64,000 nucleotides of DNA from Leucoraja ocellata (lineage: Eukaryota), in assembly GCA_036785375.1 (NCBI GenBank), contig JAWMAR010000077.1, positions 1,364,001 through 1,428,000 on the forward strand, read 5' to 3'. Below, piece after piece: positions 61,662 to 64,000 of this stretch. A program made the position numbers and the translations under genes. How positions within the stretch are numbered: the stretch's first letter is position 1; each line of letters opens with the position of its first letter. The notes below the pieces were generated by a model. The model worked only from the letters and a program-made list of their open reading frames with translations, searched no databases and was not told the DNA's origin.

Positions 61662-64000
61662 CTGCAATTACTGAGGACTAGGCATTCCAGTCGGGCAATG
61701 TAGGTTTGTGTAGGTAGTCCAGGTTTGACTTTAATAAGGCTATCAAAACTGCAAAGAGACACTTTCATTCTAAATTGGAGGGTGATTCGAACAATTAGCA
61801 GCTGTGGCAGGGCTTGCATCCCGTCACTTCCTGGAAGACAAACACAAGTGGTGGCTCAACGGTAGTGAGGCAACACTCCCAGCAAGAGCTAAATGCTTTC
61901 TACACATGGTCTGATAGGGAGAACAACAATATGCCCCATGGCACAGTAATCTCATGGTAATAATAAAAAGGTATATATCAGGCTGTTATTCGTCAACTAC
62001 AAGTCCGAGTTTAACACCATCATCTCCTCCAAACTTTTTATCAAGTTCAGGGAACTGGGTCTTTCTATACACCTTTTTAATTGGATTCTTGACTTCCTCA
62101 TCAATAGACCACAATTAGAACAGATTGGCAAGAATTCCTCTTCAATAACCATCTGCACAGGAGCACGACTCCTGCATGACTGTGTGGCCAGATACAATTC
62201 TAACACCATCTTTATATTTGCCGCAACATCACAGTTGTTAGACAAATTACTGGTAATGATGAGTGTGTAAGAAGGAGCTGTAGATGCTGGTTTAAACTGA
62301 AGATAGACACAAAAAACTGGAGTAACTCAGCGGGACAGGCAGAGAAGGAATTGGTGACGTTTCGGGTCGAGCACCTTCTTCAGACTGGTTAGGGATAAGG
62401 GAAAAGAGAGGTATAGATGGTGATGTGGAGAGATAAAGAACAATGAATGAAAGATATGCAAAAAGTACCGATGATGAGTTGGACCATATGAGGGAGATTT
62501 AGGTTTATTATTATCACATGTACTGGGTACATGGGTACATTGTTTTGTATGCTATCCAAACAGATCAGATATGCCATACATTGACACAATCAGTTCAAAT
62601 TCAAGTACAATAGACAGTGCAAAGAGGAAGCTACATTTTCAGCATTGTAGCATTGTTCCTTCTCAGTTCCTTAGGCAAAGTCCAGTGTCCTCAATGGGGT
62701 ACAGGTGGATCGGACAGTATCTAGCCTTATACACCCCCTATGATCAAAGGGGTCTATAGAAGGCCCTGCCTTAAAAAGACAGCCAGATTACAATTGAAGA
62801 CCCACACCACCTTGGCCATCCTTTCATTTCACTGCTATTATCAGGAATAAGGCATACGTCAGAAAAACATAATCCCTAGGTTCAAGAATAGCTTCTTCCC
62901 AACAATCTCTTGAATGCTACAAAATGCCAAAATACGAAGGACTTTGGGATTTTATGTAATACTGCTGAGGTTATTACTTTTTTAAATTTTCTTTTTTCTT
63001 TATTATATGTTATCTATGAGTATTATATTCACAGGCCTATTATGCTGTTGCTTTGTTTTTGGTACATATGACAATTAAGCACTCTTGCCCCTTGACACTT
63101 GATGGTACTGTTGTATTAAAAAGAGATTTGGTTGATTAGTTTGTATTCTCTCAAATCCAGTAAAATTAGATATCTCATTGAAATATACAAAACTATTCCA
63201 GGGCTCAATATGCTTGATTCAGTGAGAATATTTCTGTAAACAAGTGCCAAAGTCATTGCGTGGTTTAAACACATCTTTAATAATCACTTAGCAGCACTAG
63301 GATAACTGGTCATCAGTACACCCTAGCTGCTTGAACCCAAGTGCCCGGGGTGGGGCATTAGTAAGAGTGTTAGTATGGGTGTTGTGAAGGGGTGGAGTTA
63401 GTGGTACTGGCTTGTGTGTGATTGGTTCACATGCACTCAATCTACATCCTTCCCCCTTGGGATTAAGTGTGGAAAGGGCACCCATGCCATGGAGTTAAAC
63501 ATACTCGCCATATCTGTCTGGCGGTCTGCTAACGTGCGCGTGCGGACAAAACCCTCCCATCCCTCTCCCGAAAGATGGGACGGAGATCCAGGAGGTGAGA
63601 ATGGCGCGGGAGAAGCTTGTGGTGCCCGAAAGGGGAAACATGCGGTAGGTGAGTCGCCGTGGTTAGTGGAGACCGAGGGACGAGGGGGGGTGTAAGGCAT
63701 GCGGGGACGGCGGGTGGGAGACACCGCAGGAGGCGTCTGGAACTGGAGCGGTGGAGTGTAGGGACCAGCAGGCGGTGGTCGGGGCTCCCTCACAGCAAGC
63801 AGGTGTTGTCGACTTCTCCAGTAGACCGCTCCCTCACAGTCGACCAGGTAGGATCGTGGCTCGTTAGTCGGGCTGACAACAGTGCCCAGACGGGAATGTC
63901 CAGTCGAAGTTCGTAGACGGCCGACCTGGCCCGGCAGTAGAGGCTTGAGTGGTCCGCTGGAACTGTCACATGACCGTTTATGGATGCTCTGCTTCTCTTG

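Overview
This is cartilaginous-fish (skate/ray-like) genomic DNA from the variable-segment cluster of a T-cell receptor gamma (TRG) locus. The organism is inferred from the repeat families. Six V gene segments lie on the + strand at about 3.4, 13.6, 28.9, 29.7, 44.1 and 57.8 kb. Each has a leader exon, a 73-117 bp phase-1 intron, an Ig V exon ending Y(Y/F)CAxW and a 23-bp-spacer RSS. Five look intact; the fourth carries a -1 and a +1 frameshift. No D, J or C segments were seen. The rest is a dense, often nested set of transposons: CR1-like LINE fragments, Rex1/Babar LINEs, V-SINEs, a full-length DIRS1-type element with its circle junction still readable, an L1 inside a Penelope element, two Mag-type Gypsy relics, and a hAT-like element with Helitron-like cargo. 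Many short Penelope-derived repeats carry minimal hammerhead-ribozyme motifs. One of these appears to have captured neighbouring L1 DNA during insertion. A 200-N assembly gap lies at 32043-32242. V numbering (V1-V6) is mine, by position.
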